A stretch of 64,000 bases of DNA, taken from IMG/VR virus record IMGVR_UViG_3300031994_000043, positions 1 through 64,000 of that record, one strand, 5' to 3'. Position 1 is the first letter of the stretch. Each line of letters opens with the position of its first letter. A program made the position numbers and the translations under genes. Source of the stretch: a virus. Lineage: Duplodnaviria > Caudoviricetes. This document shows, piece after piece, positions 36,676-46,651 of this stretch. The notes beneath the pieces are model-generated. The model was not told the origin of the DNA, searched no databases, and was given only the letters and a program-made list of their open reading frames with translations.

Positions 36676-38139
36676 CTATTCTTCAATGGAGAAGAGCTGT
36701 TCAGTAGTGAGATGATACAAACACCAATCCGGGATGTAACTCTCAGTACCTGGCGTGGAAATCATAAAGATTTTCTTGAAGAAATGTTCCGGCTTCGGGA
36801 AATCAAATCCCATATCAGTGAAATAGATAATACCATCAAATTTCGCCTTTCTTTCCTTAATTGCTTCAAGAACGCATTCAGGATTCGTGCATCCGCGACC
36901 AATCAGCTTGAAGTCGGACTTCTTCTGCTTCTGTTCGGTGAATGGACCGCAAACACCATCCCAGAAACAATAGGACACATCAGCATGTTTTACGAACTTG
37001 TTCACAATCGCACAACCACGTTCCACATCCTTATCGTCCATAGAACCGGAGCAGTCAATCGCAACAAGAATACGAGAACGGAACTTATGCTTCTTACCAG
37101 GAACATCAAATCCCTTTCTACGATCTGGTCGCATACGGGTATCTTCAGTGTACTTATCCACTGTGTTCGCCTTGAATCTCTTCAGGACTGTCTTCGGGTC
37201 AAATTTCGGAGTATTGGCAGCAAGAATAGCCTGGAGCAAACCACCACTAATGTTACCCCACTGAGAAGCATTTTCTGCAATGTGGTGAGTGATTTCCTGG
37301 ATTTCCTGGTCTACCAGAGTATTTTCTTCCCAACCTTCCGTAGCCTTTTCAGCTGCGTCCTGGGAGCCGTCAAAATACTCATCCAATGCATCCTTCGTCG
37401 GGTTTCCGCTTCCGCCCTTACCCTGTTGGTTGCCCTTGCCCTGGCCCTGTCCATTACCTTGTCCCTGACCCTGGCTTTGTCCCTGACCCTTTCCTTGGCC
37501 TTGGCCTTGTCCCTGTCCTTGACCCTGTCCCTGGCCCTGTCCGCCACCACCCTGCTTTTCAGCGCAATCCATCAACATAGAGAACACCTTTTCAAGGAAC
37601 CAGTGGTCTTCTTCATTGAACTTGATTTTAGCGGTTTCTTGACGGAATTTTGCCTTGTTCGGAAATTCCTGGAGCATCTGCATAACTTCTTGCTTGTGAG
37701 TATTCAACACAGAACGCTGATTTTCGTCAAACGAGATATAGTCAGATGCCTTCTTGAAAATCTGGAGCGGGTAGCATTTACGAGTAGTGATATGGTGCAA
37801 AGCAATTCGCAAACATTCACTAAACATAATGTAAGCCAAAATGGAACATTCCTGAATCTTGTTCAACCAAATCGGGTTATATTCCATGTTGATAGCACTA
37901 CCAGTGCCACGGCAATTCAAGCGGAGAGTGACCTGCGGGTCCTTGACCGGCTTTAAATCGCACAAACCAAAATATGTGAGAACGGCAGGTTCAAACTGCA
38001 TCAACTTCACTGCTGAAGTAATGAGCTGTTCGGACTTGGAATTACATTCATCCCACAGTTCCATATATTTCTTGTTATCTTCCTTATAAAGCTGGGCAAG
38101 TTCGTCCTTGGGAAGATTTGAAATTTGAATTAGAGCCAT
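36676..38139 (-). CDS. VWA-domain protein (DUF2201-like) with Gly-Gln repeat linker
   Basis: VAIDCSGSM MIDAS, GRGCT, IYFTD; next to MoxR ATPase. Confidence 0.85.
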   Translation of the reverse strand: MALIQISNLPKDELAQLYKEDNKKYMELWDECNSKSEQLITSAVKLMQFEPAVLTYFGLCDLKPVKDPQVTLRLNCRGTGSAINMEYNPIWLNKIQECSILAYIMFSECLRIALHHITTRKCYPLQIFKKASDYISFDENQRSVLNTHKQEVMQMLQEFPNKAKFRQETAKIKFNEEDHWFLEKVFSMLMDCAEKQGGGGQGQGQGQGQGQGQGQGKGQGQSQGQGQGNGQGQGKGNQQGKGGSGNPTKDALDEYFDGSQDAAEKATEGWEENTLVDQEIQEITHHIAENASQWGNISGGLLQAILAANTPKFDPKTVLKRFKANTVDKYTEDTRMRPDRRKGFDVPGKKHKFRSRILVAIDCSGSMDDKDVERGCAIVNKFVKHADVSYCFWDGVCGPFTEQKQKKSDFKLIGRGCTNPECVLEAIKERKAKFDGIIYFTDMGFDFPKPEHFFKKIFMISTPGTESYIPDWCLYHLTTEQLFSIEE

Positions 38140-38326
38140 AAATTTGTACCTCTTAAATTAGTTTCGTTTTTCGTGTATAGTCTAATATAGTAAATTGTGA
38201 GACGTATGTCAATCCAAATTGGGTAAAATAAAATTTACAAAGAAAAAAGGTGGTTTTCCCATTAGTTGAGAAAACCACCCTCAACCACCAATAAGGAAAT
38301 TTGGGCGAACCCAAAACGAATTAAGA

Positions 38327-39532
38327 TTACTTAAATTCGTTCTGGATACGGACAATGCTAGTATAGAGAGCGTTCAGTGCGTTCACTTCCATACCATTTT
38401 CGTCCTTGACGCGGATTGGGCAGCTCTTACCGACCAACTTCGTCCACTTCTGCTTCTTTTCACGAGCAGTTTCTACTGCGTTCGTGTACACTTCCACCTG
38501 GATTTCCTTGGCGAGATGGGTGAGGAAGTAGTAGTAGTTAGTTGCGTACTTCTTGCCGAGTTCGGTCGGAGAATCAGGAGTTCCCATCTTGGATTCCTGT
38601 TCGTGGAGATACTGGCACACAGACTGTCCGAGCTGTACTGCCTCAATCTTGGACTTCTTGCAGAGGCTTTCTACCTTCTTGCCGAACTCCTTTTCAAAGT
38701 CCTTGGATTCCATAAGAGCCTTAGCATCCATACCAGTACCATGCTGAGCATAGTAGGTCTTGAACTTGGCAGCGATTGCCTGACCCACATAACCGGCACA
38801 GGATTCCTGGAGAATACCGAGACCCTTGTTGCCTTCAAACAAACCCTTTTCTGTTGCCATATCAAGGAAGTTTGCGAAATGAACCCAGGTACGGCGGGAT
38901 GGGAGAATACCATCAAAGCTCTTACCGGCCGTCTTGCTAGCCTGGGCATTGGAATACGGGTCAAGGTCACCGGAGTACTGGGAGATGTAACCCGTGACAA
39001 CGCGGTTCACACCAGCTTCAGTTGCCCAGTCAAGCCATTCCTGAACAGTCGGAGTGAAATTGTACACAACGAAACGGTCCATCTTTGCCGGGTCAAATTC
39101 TTCAACATCATAGTTACCATCGTCACCCGGATTGATGGCACAAATGACGTGTGAACCCGGAGCAAGCTTGAAGTTCAAAATCTTGTGGTCAAGGCCCAGC
39201 TGCATCATAGCATTGGTGACGAGGGTAGTACCACGGTTGATTTCATCCAGGAACAGAGTTACCGGGAGCGGATTGCCGTGTTCGTCCTTCTTATACCAAT
39301 ATGGCGGAACGAATTCGGTTTCACCAGTTTCGGAATTGATGCGAGGAAGACCAATAAGGTCACCGACATCGGAAATCTGGGAGGCCTGGAATTCAATACA
39401 GTCCTGATGCCAAACATTCTTTGCGAGCCAGCGAATGACTTCGGTCTTACCGATGCCGTGCGGGCCCTTCAACATCACGGTGTGAGAGTTAGGAGTTGCT
39501 GCGAGAACCATCTTGAGAGTCTGAATATCCAT
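38327..39532 (-). CDS. MoxR-type AAA+ ATPase
   Basis: GPHGIGKT, DLIGLP, LFLDEINRG, AINP, DPAKMDRF. Confidence 0.9.
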   Translation of the reverse strand: MDIQTLKMVLAATPNSHTVMLKGPHGIGKTEVIRWLAKNVWHQDCIEFQASQISDVGDLIGLPRINSETGETEFVPPYWYKKDEHGNPLPVTLFLDEINRGTTLVTNAMMQLGLDHKILNFKLAPGSHVICAINPGDDGNYDVEEFDPAKMDRFVVYNFTPTVQEWLDWATEAGVNRVVTGYISQYSGDLDPYSNAQASKTAGKSFDGILPSRRTWVHFANFLDMATEKGLFEGNKGLGILQESCAGYVGQAIAAKFKTYYAQHGTGMDAKALMESKDFEKEFGKKVESLCKKSKIEAVQLGQSVCQYLHEQESKMGTPDSPTELGKKYATNYYYFLTHLAKEIQVEVYTNAVETAREKKQKWTKLVGKSCPIRVKDENGMEVNALNALYTSIVRIQNEFK

Positions 39533-39655
39533 AATTTATCTTTTTTCCTTTTTGTTTTATGGTGATTGTTTCAGTTAGTTAAAAATTACAAGTTAAAATA
39601 TAGTTTCTGTTTTTTGCCTTGTCAATGGTAGGTTTTGTAAAATGATTTTTACATT

Positions 39656-40033
39656 TTAGAAATCTTCCATCAACGCAGCGAGACGTTTCTTTTGGAAATG
39701 TGCCTTGTATTCCTTACACAGTTCACCCAAATGTTCACACAACATTTCATCTGTGTAAGTCCACGCCGGAACACATCCATTGAAGACGAAATCCTTATTT
39801 CCCAGGCTATCCTGCATATCTTCTACAGTTTCCAAACACGCATAAACGCATTCATCAATCATAGACAGAATGTAGCCTGAATTGTTCAGGAAACTTTCTT
39901 CATTGACATAAGCCATGACCGGTTCGTGCTTCATCCGTTCAGGGTCATTCAAAATCGCCTGGGAGTTCTGGTCTACATAAAGACCCAGGAGCATTACAAT
40001 TTTGTTAAACCTTTCAATACCTTCTGTTACCAT
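39656..40033 (-). CDS. DF-tail family protein
   Basis: Start moved to ATG after GAGG; ends RLAALMEDF. Confidence 0.7.
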   Translation of the reverse strand: MVTEGIERFNKIVMLLGLYVDQNSQAILNDPERMKHEPVMAYVNEESFLNNSGYILSMIDECVYACLETVEDMQDSLGNKDFVFNGCVPAWTYTDEMLCEHLGELCKEYKAHFQKKRLAALMEDF

Positions 40034-40326
40034 TGAAACCTCTTGTTGTTCGTTTCGTATTATAATATAGTAAAAGAAAAACGGCTTGTCAATGGACAAA
40101 CCGCTTAAATTGTGTAAAAAGATGTTTACAATTAGTAATCTTCGTCTGAGTCACTCAAACCTATACCACACGCTTCATCCCATCCTTCCTTTTCAATAAT
40201 GTCCTGGACAGTATCTGCGTCAATATACATTAGTAACTGCTCTACAACTTCAGCTGCGTCTAAGGCACCATCTTGTGCGGCAGTTAAGAGTTTTTCCTTT
40301 ATATCTTCCATTTATAATCTCCTTTA

Positions 40327-40893
40327 TTAAAAATCGTTTGCGATGTTTGCTTGTTTACAGAAACTTTGTTTGTATTTCTTTTTTATATCTTTGATTTCAC
40401 CATTTATTCTTTCTATATCCGCTATTCGTTGTTTGTACTGATCCGTCCAATTTCTTAAATCCTGAGAATTTTGTAATGATTTACATATTTTCAAATAAGT
40501 TAATAGTTCTGTATAAGCCTTTTCTAAATCATCTACTGTATATATAGGAACTGGTTCACTACTCCATCTTCTGAAAAATTGAGGTGGAATCTTTCCTTTT
40601 TCCAAAAACAAATCTACATCGTAATTACTTATATTACTTAAATCTGCTGGCTTATAATAGAATACCGGGGCTTTAACTGTTTTTCGCCCATTCATAGTCC
40701 AAACATATCTTTCAAAATTCATTAAAGAACTTCCATCGTGTTTGTATGAATCACCAGAAAATTCAAAGACATCCCACTTTGGTCTGCGCTCAAAGTACTG
40801 TTTTGTTTCTGGGATTTGGGCAAATCGTATACTGTTAAACCCCATTGTTATTTCGTGCTTCGCACACCATTCTTTTATTTCTTTCCATATCAT
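40327..40893 (-). CDS. DF-tail family protein
   Basis: Ends KQANIANDF. Confidence 0.7.
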   Translation of the reverse strand: MIWKEIKEWCAKHEITMGFNSIRFAQIPETKQYFERRPKWDVFEFSGDSYKHDGSSLMNFERYVWTMNGRKTVKAPVFYYKPADLSNISNYDVDLFLEKGKIPPQFFRRWSSEPVPIYTVDDLEKAYTELLTYLKICKSLQNSQDLRNWTDQYKQRIADIERINGEIKDIKKKYKQSFCKQANIANDF

Positions 40894-40953
40894 TTTTAAA
40901 AATCCTCATTTAATTTGTTTAATTTAGTAAATTTCCTTAAACCTTCCAATACA

Positions 40954-41334
40954 CTAAAAATCGCTTTGAATACGATTTAGTTTCATTTCATACTTCTTCT
41001 GCTTGATTTCTTTTTCCAATTCTAGCCACTTTAAGTGCAATTGTCCGACTTTGTAAATTAAGGTATTATCATCGCATAATTCCATCCTAAATGTAGTATT
41101 TTCCCATATAAGTTCATAACTTTCTAATTCCAAAGTATTCTTATCCCTATGTTCTAACCAATGCCATTCGTACTTTTCACGGACATTCAATAAACACTTA
41201 TTCATCCCATAACTTACTACCCACTGCGTACCTTCCCCAAATCGCAGATATCGCATACCACCTCTATCCCTAGTTTCTACCATATTGAACTTTTCTTTCA
41301 ATAAGTCCATTACTTCATCCTGCGACATTATCAT
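40954..41334 (-). CDS. DF-tail family protein
   Basis: Ends KLNRIQSDF. Confidence 0.7.
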   Translation of the reverse strand: MIMSQDEVMDLLKEKFNMVETRDRGGMRYLRFGEGTQWVVSYGMNKCLLNVREKYEWHWLEHRDKNTLELESYELIWENTTFRMELCDDNTLIYKVGQLHLKWLELEKEIKQKKYEMKLNRIQSDF

Positions 41335-41863
41335 ACTTTAACTCCAATTTCGTTACTTCATCGTGTATAATACCAATAGGATAATAACTGTCCGAATGAT
41401 CAGTATAACACTCAAATATAGTCTTATGCTTACACTTAACCTTCAAATGAATCTTATATATCTTCTTATCAACCCACGAATCTTTTACTTCTTTTTCAAT
41501 CCTTTGATTTTCTGTATAACTGCAATTTAAGTCAAATGCTTCTAGATTCTTCGTCAAGCACAGTTCTTTATTTTTAATTTGATATAACCCGGCATAACTA
41601 CGATAACCATCGTCCTTATCTACAAAACAAATCCAATTATAATATAAATCCTTGTTCTTCATTGTAACAAAGTAAACTTGTTCACACCATCCTTCACTAT
41701 ATCCTTTATGATAAGAACAATCTTTTACTTCATTTCCCCTTTCATTATATACTTTAATCGTACTTTCTTCAAATTCATTACTTATTGTTTGTAACTTATG
41801 TAACATCGCCAATACTTTCTTGGCTCTGTCTAAATCAGTCCTTTCTATCCCTATTAACTTCAT
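41315..41863 (-). CDS. Hypothetical protein
   Basis: ORF inside DF cluster, lacks tail; start set at ATG 41863. Confidence 0.6.
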   Translation of the reverse strand: MKLIGIERTDLDRAKKVLAMLHKLQTISNEFEESTIKVYNERGNEVKDCSYHKGYSEGWCEQVYFVTMKNKDLYYNWICFVDKDDGYRSYAGLYQIKNKELCLTKNLEAFDLNCSYTENQRIEKEVKDSWVDKKIYKIHLKVKCKHKTIFECYTDHSDSYYPIGIIHDEVTKLELKYDNVAG

Positions 41864-41864
41864 T

Positions 41865-42227
41865 TTAAAAATCTTCCTTAATCTTGTCAATTTTCTTTTG
41901 TTCTTGCCACTTTTTACTCTTTTCTATATCCTTATTAAAATGCTCAATAACCTGCTCCATCTTCCATAAATCACATCTGTATTCCTTTCGCTTTTCCTTC
42001 CCACCAATCCTTGCTATATAATAAAAACTCTTCGTATCATTATGATAATATAACCTTATAAACGTGTCACTCATTTCACAGTCACCAAATAATAACGGCA
42101 AATCCCCATAATATACCATTTCATAGAAAAAATCGTCTTCTACATGGTGCTTCAATATAGGGCACTTTTCTAGCAATTCACTGATTACTTCATCTTTTTT
42201 ATATCGCTTTAGTATCTTCATATCCAT
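41865..42227 (-). CDS. DF-tail family protein
   Basis: Ends KIDKIKEDF. Confidence 0.7.
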   Translation of the reverse strand: MDMKILKRYKKDEVISELLEKCPILKHHVEDDFFYEMVYYGDLPLLFGDCEMSDTFIRLYYHNDTKSFYYIARIGGKEKRKEYRCDLWKMEQVIEHFNKDIEKSKKWQEQKKIDKIKEDF

Positions 42228-42229
42228 AA

Positions 42230-42405
42230 TATAATAACTTTTCCAGGTTTTTCCAATATATACCGCGTTTTCAAAAAATTTTTTATTTTAAGTATAAACT
42301 TCACATAAAGTGGGTCAAACAAAAGTCTCGGTAGGTATGCCACATTATGAAGTACTTTCCGGTCGCAGATTTCACAAATAAATACCATAGGAAGTATTGG
42401 ACAGT
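42230..42405. other. Non-coding gap at second GC-skew flip, candidate origin
   Basis: Local skew inversion; CGCAGATTT also present near 12863. Confidence 0.35.
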
Positions 42406-42819
42406 TTAGAAATCATCCTTTATCTTTTTTAATTTAATATATTCCTTCATTCGTTTAATCTCATTAGAAATAAACCCACATAAATCTTCTATATCTTTAG
42501 ATGTAGGGGATAAATTTATTAGATACTCATTGTACTTACTAATTATATTATTATTTTTATCAATACAAGCTATACCTGTATATCCATAATAAGGTAAATT
42601 TTGAACATACTCTAAATGATGTGGATAAAGTAATCTATCTTTATCATAGAATATAAGAACACATTGGCCTTCGTCTTTAAAGTAATACTGAGCATACAGA
42701 TAAATTGAATAATTAGAAGGATGGTCAATGATAGCTTCTTTAGGGAAGTGAAGGTATAGGGCTTCTTTTACTCTATAATAGTTTTTAATTTGAGTTCTTT
42801 TGGTATTAGATTTAGTCAT
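42406..42819 (-). CDS. DF-tail family protein
   Basis: Ends KLKKIKDDF; paralogous to 45011-45391 (EI.RMKEY.KL). Confidence 0.7.
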   Translation of the reverse strand: MTKSNTKRTQIKNYYRVKEALYLHFPKEAIIDHPSNYSIYLYAQYYFKDEGQCVLIFYDKDRLLYPHHLEYVQNLPYYGYTGIACIDKNNNIISKYNEYLINLSPTSKDIEDLCGFISNEIKRMKEYIKLKKIKDDF

Positions 42820-43174
42820 TGAAGTCCTCGGAAAGTTTAGATAAGCGTTTATTTTGTATAGATTCTTTGTATCGTTTAACTGCCTCTGTATAGTTGAATT
42901 TGAGTTGTTTTAGTTTAGTTCTTATTTCTTCAATAGAAAAGACAACATCGGCAGAGAAGTAGCACCATTCAAATTTATCCTGTTTAGTGAAAACGTATAT
43001 ATCGTGAGCAACATACCAAGCCGTAGAATCGTGCCAGATTAGATGAGTATTATAGGACACATTCTTTTGGGCTATATCTATGAAATCATACTCTAAAATT
43101 TTAGGAGTATTGACTTTCACATATAGGCCGAGTTCTTTTAAGAGAGAAGGTGGAAGTTCATTGAAAGGTAGCAT
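42812..43174 (-). CDS. DF-tail family protein
   Basis: Ends RLSKLSEDFND. Confidence 0.7.
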   Translation of the reverse strand: MLPFNELPPSLLKELGLYVKVNTPKILEYDFIDIAQKNVSYNTHLIWHDSTAWYVAHDIYVFTKQDKFEWCYFSADVVFSIEEIRTKLKQLKFNYTEAVKRYKESIQNKRLSKLSEDFND

Positions 43175-43176
43175 TT

Positions 43177-43500
43177 TTAGAAGTCCTTTTCTATATTAGA
43201 AAGTTTCTGTTCTATTTTATATGTTTTATAGAGAGAGATGGCAGCATTGTATTCTTTTTGCATCTCAGCAAAGTACTGTTCATACTCTTCAGGATAGATT
43301 CTTTCCCAACCTGCATACTCTATACAAGTTTCTGTCGCAAAGATATGAGTCGCGGCAAAGACATTATAAGGTGCAATCTTACTAAATGCGAACAAATTAC
43401 CAACAATAGGATAGTGACAAGGGTTTTTGAAATTATAATAGTTTTTAAGAGCGAGCTGTTCTAAATCGTATTCTCTAATGTAATCTTCTAAAGTTTTCAT
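43177..43500 (-). CDS. DF-tail family protein
   Basis: Ends KLSNIEKDF. Confidence 0.7.
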   Translation of the reverse strand: MKTLEDYIREYDLEQLALKNYYNFKNPCHYPIVGNLFAFSKIAPYNVFAATHIFATETCIEYAGWERIYPEEYEQYFAEMQKEYNAAISLYKTYKIEQKLSNIEKDF

Positions 43501-43865
43501 TGAAAGTCCTGTTTGATTTTGAGTTCTCTTAATTTGTTTTGAATTTCTTTAATTTGTTTAAGATACTTATAACATTCTTTTTTGAATAGAGCGAGAGAAG
43601 GTGCTTTAATCTTACGAAAAGACTCTATGAGAACGGCAGTTTCATCACTATCTTTTTCCATAGGTCGTATTCTTCCATTACTATCTAATTCTAGTTTGTA
43701 TGGAATAAAGAGAAATTCATTATCATACTGTAAGATAGTATAACTACACCGCGGGCCAAAAAGAATCTGGCCATTTAATTCAAAATACCCTTGATATTCT
43801 TTTAGTGCATCAGAATGGAAAATTTCTTTAGCTGCATTAAAATAATCTTCATAAGTGTGTTTCAT
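43497..43865 (-). CDS. DF-tail family protein
   Basis: Start set at overlapping ATG 43865; ends RELKIKQDFQ. Confidence 0.7.
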   Translation of the reverse strand: MKHTYEDYFNAAKEIFHSDALKEYQGYFELNGQILFGPRCSYTILQYDNEFLFIPYKLELDSNGRIRPMEKDSDETAVLIESFRKIKAPSLALFKKECYKYLKQIKEIQNKLRELKIKQDFQ

Positions 43866-44212
43866 ACAAAATCCTTTTGCATTTTCATAAGTTTTCGGTG
43901 TGTTATTCTTTCTTTGCCTTCTTTGATTCTTTTCTTTATAGAGGTTCTCAAATGATAGAGATGGTTTCTTACTTCGTTCTCTGTTTGGAAATTTATAGAG
44001 CCAGCATAACCCCACCAAAAATGAGTGTCATCGTTATTCATATAGATTTGCTTTGCCATTCCAAAACTGCCATTCTCATAGAACCACAGTAAATGCCCAG
44101 AGTCTGGAGTGAAGTCTCTAAATCCATATTCAAGTCGGTCTGTATCTGTATCATAGTTTATTTTGACTAAATTTAATTCGTCTATGAGAGATTGAGAGAG
44201 CTGTGCTATCAT
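43862..44212 (-). CDS. DF-tail family protein
   Basis: Ends KLMKMQKDFV. Confidence 0.7.
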   Translation of the reverse strand: MIAQLSQSLIDELNLVKINYDTDTDRLEYGFRDFTPDSGHLLWFYENGSFGMAKQIYMNNDDTHFWWGYAGSINFQTENEVRNHLYHLRTSIKKRIKEGKERITHRKLMKMQKDFV

Positions 44213-44631
44213 TAGAAGTCCTTTTTCATATTAGCAAGTTTCTTATTTACAAGTTTTTCTTTTTCACATTTCTTATAGAATTGAAGGAGATTAAATTGTG
44301 CTTCTGCCCATTGAGAGAGAATTTGGAAATTGAATTTATCTGTATCTTCTACTTTATAACTAGCAGTATTACAAGAGAAGGAGTGTTTCCCTGTCGGAAG
44401 GAAAGAATACACCATAGTATCATACTCAATAGAGAGATAGCCAGTTCTAACATTACCTGAGACATAGACTGAACTAATCTTCTCCTCACCAAAATTTAAA
44501 CAAGAAAAACAATAGAAATCGTCATTACATCTTCTTTTAAGAGAACTACTGTAATTGTAATCATACTTTGTTAGAGTATCTTTTATTTTGTCCAAAAAGG
44601 TTCGGAGTTCAGTGTATTCGTCTTTTTTCAT
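44212..44631 (-). CDS. DF-tail family protein
   Basis: Ends KLANMKKDF. Confidence 0.7.
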   Translation of the reverse strand: MKKDEYTELRTFLDKIKDTLTKYDYNYSSSLKRRCNDDFYCFSCLNFGEEKISSVYVSGNVRTGYLSIEYDTMVYSFLPTGKHSFSCNTASYKVEDTDKFNFQILSQWAEAQFNLLQFYKKCEKEKLVNKKLANMKKDF

Positions 44632-45014
44632 TCAAAATCCTTTGATATATCATTTAGTTTATTCTTAATCTTATATGACTTAATCTTATGTTCAAAATCT
44701 ATAATCATCTCATTATAGTCAGATTCTGTAATGTTGTCAATGGTTTCTTTGGAAGAAACTTTTATAACATAATTATATTCTGGCGTATTGAATGGACCTA
44801 TATCCTTATAGATTATACTTCTATCTTCTAATTCGTGGTCAGTGTCATGATAGAATGCACAGGCTTTTTCTGTTTCAGCTAATTTTGGGTTGTATTCGGA
44901 AAAAGTTAGTCCTACATAGAAATTCTTTTTGTAATATGAATACTTTTTAGGATTCCAAGCCAAATATCCGTTTCTCCAATGATTTATAGCACTTTCATAA
45001 GATGTAGATTTCAT
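44628..45014 (-). CDS. DF-tail family protein
   Basis: Ends KLNDISKDFE. Confidence 0.7.
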   Translation of the reverse strand: MKSTSYESAINHWRNGYLAWNPKKYSYYKKNFYVGLTFSEYNPKLAETEKACAFYHDTDHELEDRSIIYKDIGPFNTPEYNYVIKVSSKETIDNITESDYNEMIIDFEHKIKSYKIKNKLNDISKDFE

Positions 45015-45391
45015 TCAAAATCTTCCTTCATTTTATTCAGTTTCAAGTATTCTTTCATTCGTAAAATTTCACTGGAAACTATATCACAGATGCGATTATA
45101 TTCCTTTTCTGTATTGAATTTAGCCACAGAGTAATCACGCAAATCCAGTACACGTTTACCATTATTAGATGGAGAAATTCGGTTGTTAGTTTTGTCATAA
45201 TAGAGATTTTCCGCATAAAGTATGTTTTTGTTCTCTTTGACAATTAGAACATAGGGACACAGTTCATAAGTGAAAATTTTACTACCGTCCAAAAATGCAG
45301 ATTTGGCACCGTCATTGATGTAAAGAACCTTTTCAGGAAATCTTTTTAAAAGAACACTTTTAAGCAGTTCAAATACTTGTTTATCAGTCAT
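45011..45391 (-). CDS. DF-tail family protein
   Basis: Ends KLNKMKEDFE. Confidence 0.7.
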   Translation of the reverse strand: MTDKQVFELLKSVLLKRFPEKVLYINDGAKSAFLDGSKIFTYELCPYVLIVKENKNILYAENLYYDKTNNRISPSNNGKRVLDLRDYSVAKFNTEKEYNRICDIVSSEILRMKEYLKLNKMKEDFE

Positions 45392-45582
45392 TAAAAATCT
45401 TCCTCCATTTTCTGTAAACGGCGGTCAATTTTATCTATCTTTCGGTCATATTCAGTTTGTTGTTTAGCCAATACTGCACTACGAAGATTTGTTTTCGCAA
45501 TCGTATCAGTAAGACCAGTCGCCTGAGCATATCGCTGAGCGGCTCTCTTGGATAAAAATGTTCTGCGACTGATCCAACTCAT
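45391..45582 (-). CDS. DF-tail family protein (short)
   Basis: Start at ATG after AAGGA; ends RLQKMEEDF. Confidence 0.6.
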   Translation of the reverse strand: MSWISRRTFLSKRAAQRYAQATGLTDTIAKTNLRSAVLAKQQTEYDRKIDKIDRRLQKMEEDF

Positions 45583-45595
45583 TTTCTTTCCTTTA

Positions 45596-46375
45596 TTAGA
45601 AATCGTCATTGACCTTGTCAAGCTTGGTAATGCGAGCAATCTGCTGGATAATCATATCTTCGTAATTCTTACGAGCTTCTTTCCATTCCTTATCTCGCTT
45701 GTTGTACTGTTTCATTGTGGCCTTGAACGGTTTACCATTAGTCTTAATGTAAGCCAACACATCAGCACACATCTTACCCTGAGCAACCACACGCGGCAGA
45801 TATGCTTCAAACTTATCAAACCAGGCGTTAATTGCTTCAGGAGTGGTGAGAATCCTGACATCATTGCTGGCGTAACGGTCTTCAAAATAGTTCAATTCGT
45901 TGTCTCGGAACAAACGATAGGACAGCGGAACCTTAATGTAGGTAGACGAGGCCTTAATGTTGCCTTCGTACATAAATTCAGTTTCCACATTATCCAAATC
46001 GCAAGCAATCATACACGGACGCTTTGGGTCAAGTGATAGACCGAGAATAAGTTCACCAGTGAACCAACCATCACGGGCATAACAGTACTGCTTTCGCATA
46101 TTCGGAAGTGTTTCCATTCGCAAGCCCTGATAGGTGATGAAATTGCCATTCCAGTCCGGTTCTGTCTTTAGATTTTCAAGCGACAAATTGAGTTTAGACA
46201 AACGATCTGTGACTAGCTGCTCAACATCCTGAGCAGACATGTTGTATGTAAAACCCTGCTTTTGCTTGTTGTGTAAATTGAGAGTAATCGGTCCATTACC
46301 CATATTACCAGCCATCTGTTGATAGAACTGTTGTGCCATTTGCATAATTGAATTTGGAGTAGGTCCATTTGCCAT
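45596..46375 (-). CDS. DF-tail family protein (long)
   Basis: Ends KLDKVNDDF. Confidence 0.75.
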   Translation of the reverse strand: MANGPTPNSIMQMAQQFYQQMAGNMGNGPITLNLHNKQKQGFTYNMSAQDVEQLVTDRLSKLNLSLENLKTEPDWNGNFITYQGLRMETLPNMRKQYCYARDGWFTGELILGLSLDPKRPCMIACDLDNVETEFMYEGNIKASSTYIKVPLSYRLFRDNELNYFEDRYASNDVRILTTPEAINAWFDKFEAYLPRVVAQGKMCADVLAYIKTNGKPFKATMKQYNKRDKEWKEARKNYEDMIIQQIARITKLDKVNDDF

Positions 46376-46401
46376 AGTTATTTTTTCCTTTTAGTTTATT
46401 G

Positions 46402-46650
46402 TTAATTTTTCTTCTCAGCTAACAGAAACACATTTATGACGTGTAGAATTAGTGAGAGTGTCATAAGTAATGCGAAGAAAAACCAATTAACCCCGTCCAT
46501 TTTGTCAAATCCACGGGCAATAGGATAGAACACAAGCATTACAATCATTACAGTTGATGCTAAAGTTTCAATAATCAAATTAGGCTTGAAAATTCGCATA
46601 CAAATTGAGATAGCTGCGCAAGCAATTAGAATAGCCAAATCCAAAGTCAT
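46402..46650 (-). CDS. Small membrane protein
   Basis: Three hydrophobic segments. Confidence 0.65.
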   Translation of the reverse strand: MTLDLAILIACAAISICMRIFKPNLIIETLASTVMIVMLVFYPIARGFDKMDGVNWFFFALLMTLSLILHVINVFLLAEKKN

Positions 46651-46651
46651 T

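Noticed and set aside
37415-37550. Tandem repeat or CRISPR-like array
   Set aside because: It is the Gly-Gln coding linker of the VWA protein; no repeat-spacer array was seen in the window
36712-37956. Long plus-strand ORFs (also 17491-18105, 29268-29819, 30861-31439, 38516-39154)
   Set aside because: Antisense shadows of codon-biased minus-strand genes; no RBS or motifs
27210-43751. Genome-wide reassignment of CGG to quadruplet Gly
   Set aside because: In-frame CGG at 27210-27212 and 43749-43751 must be read as triplet Arg to reach the DF tails, so any recoding is conditional or competitive
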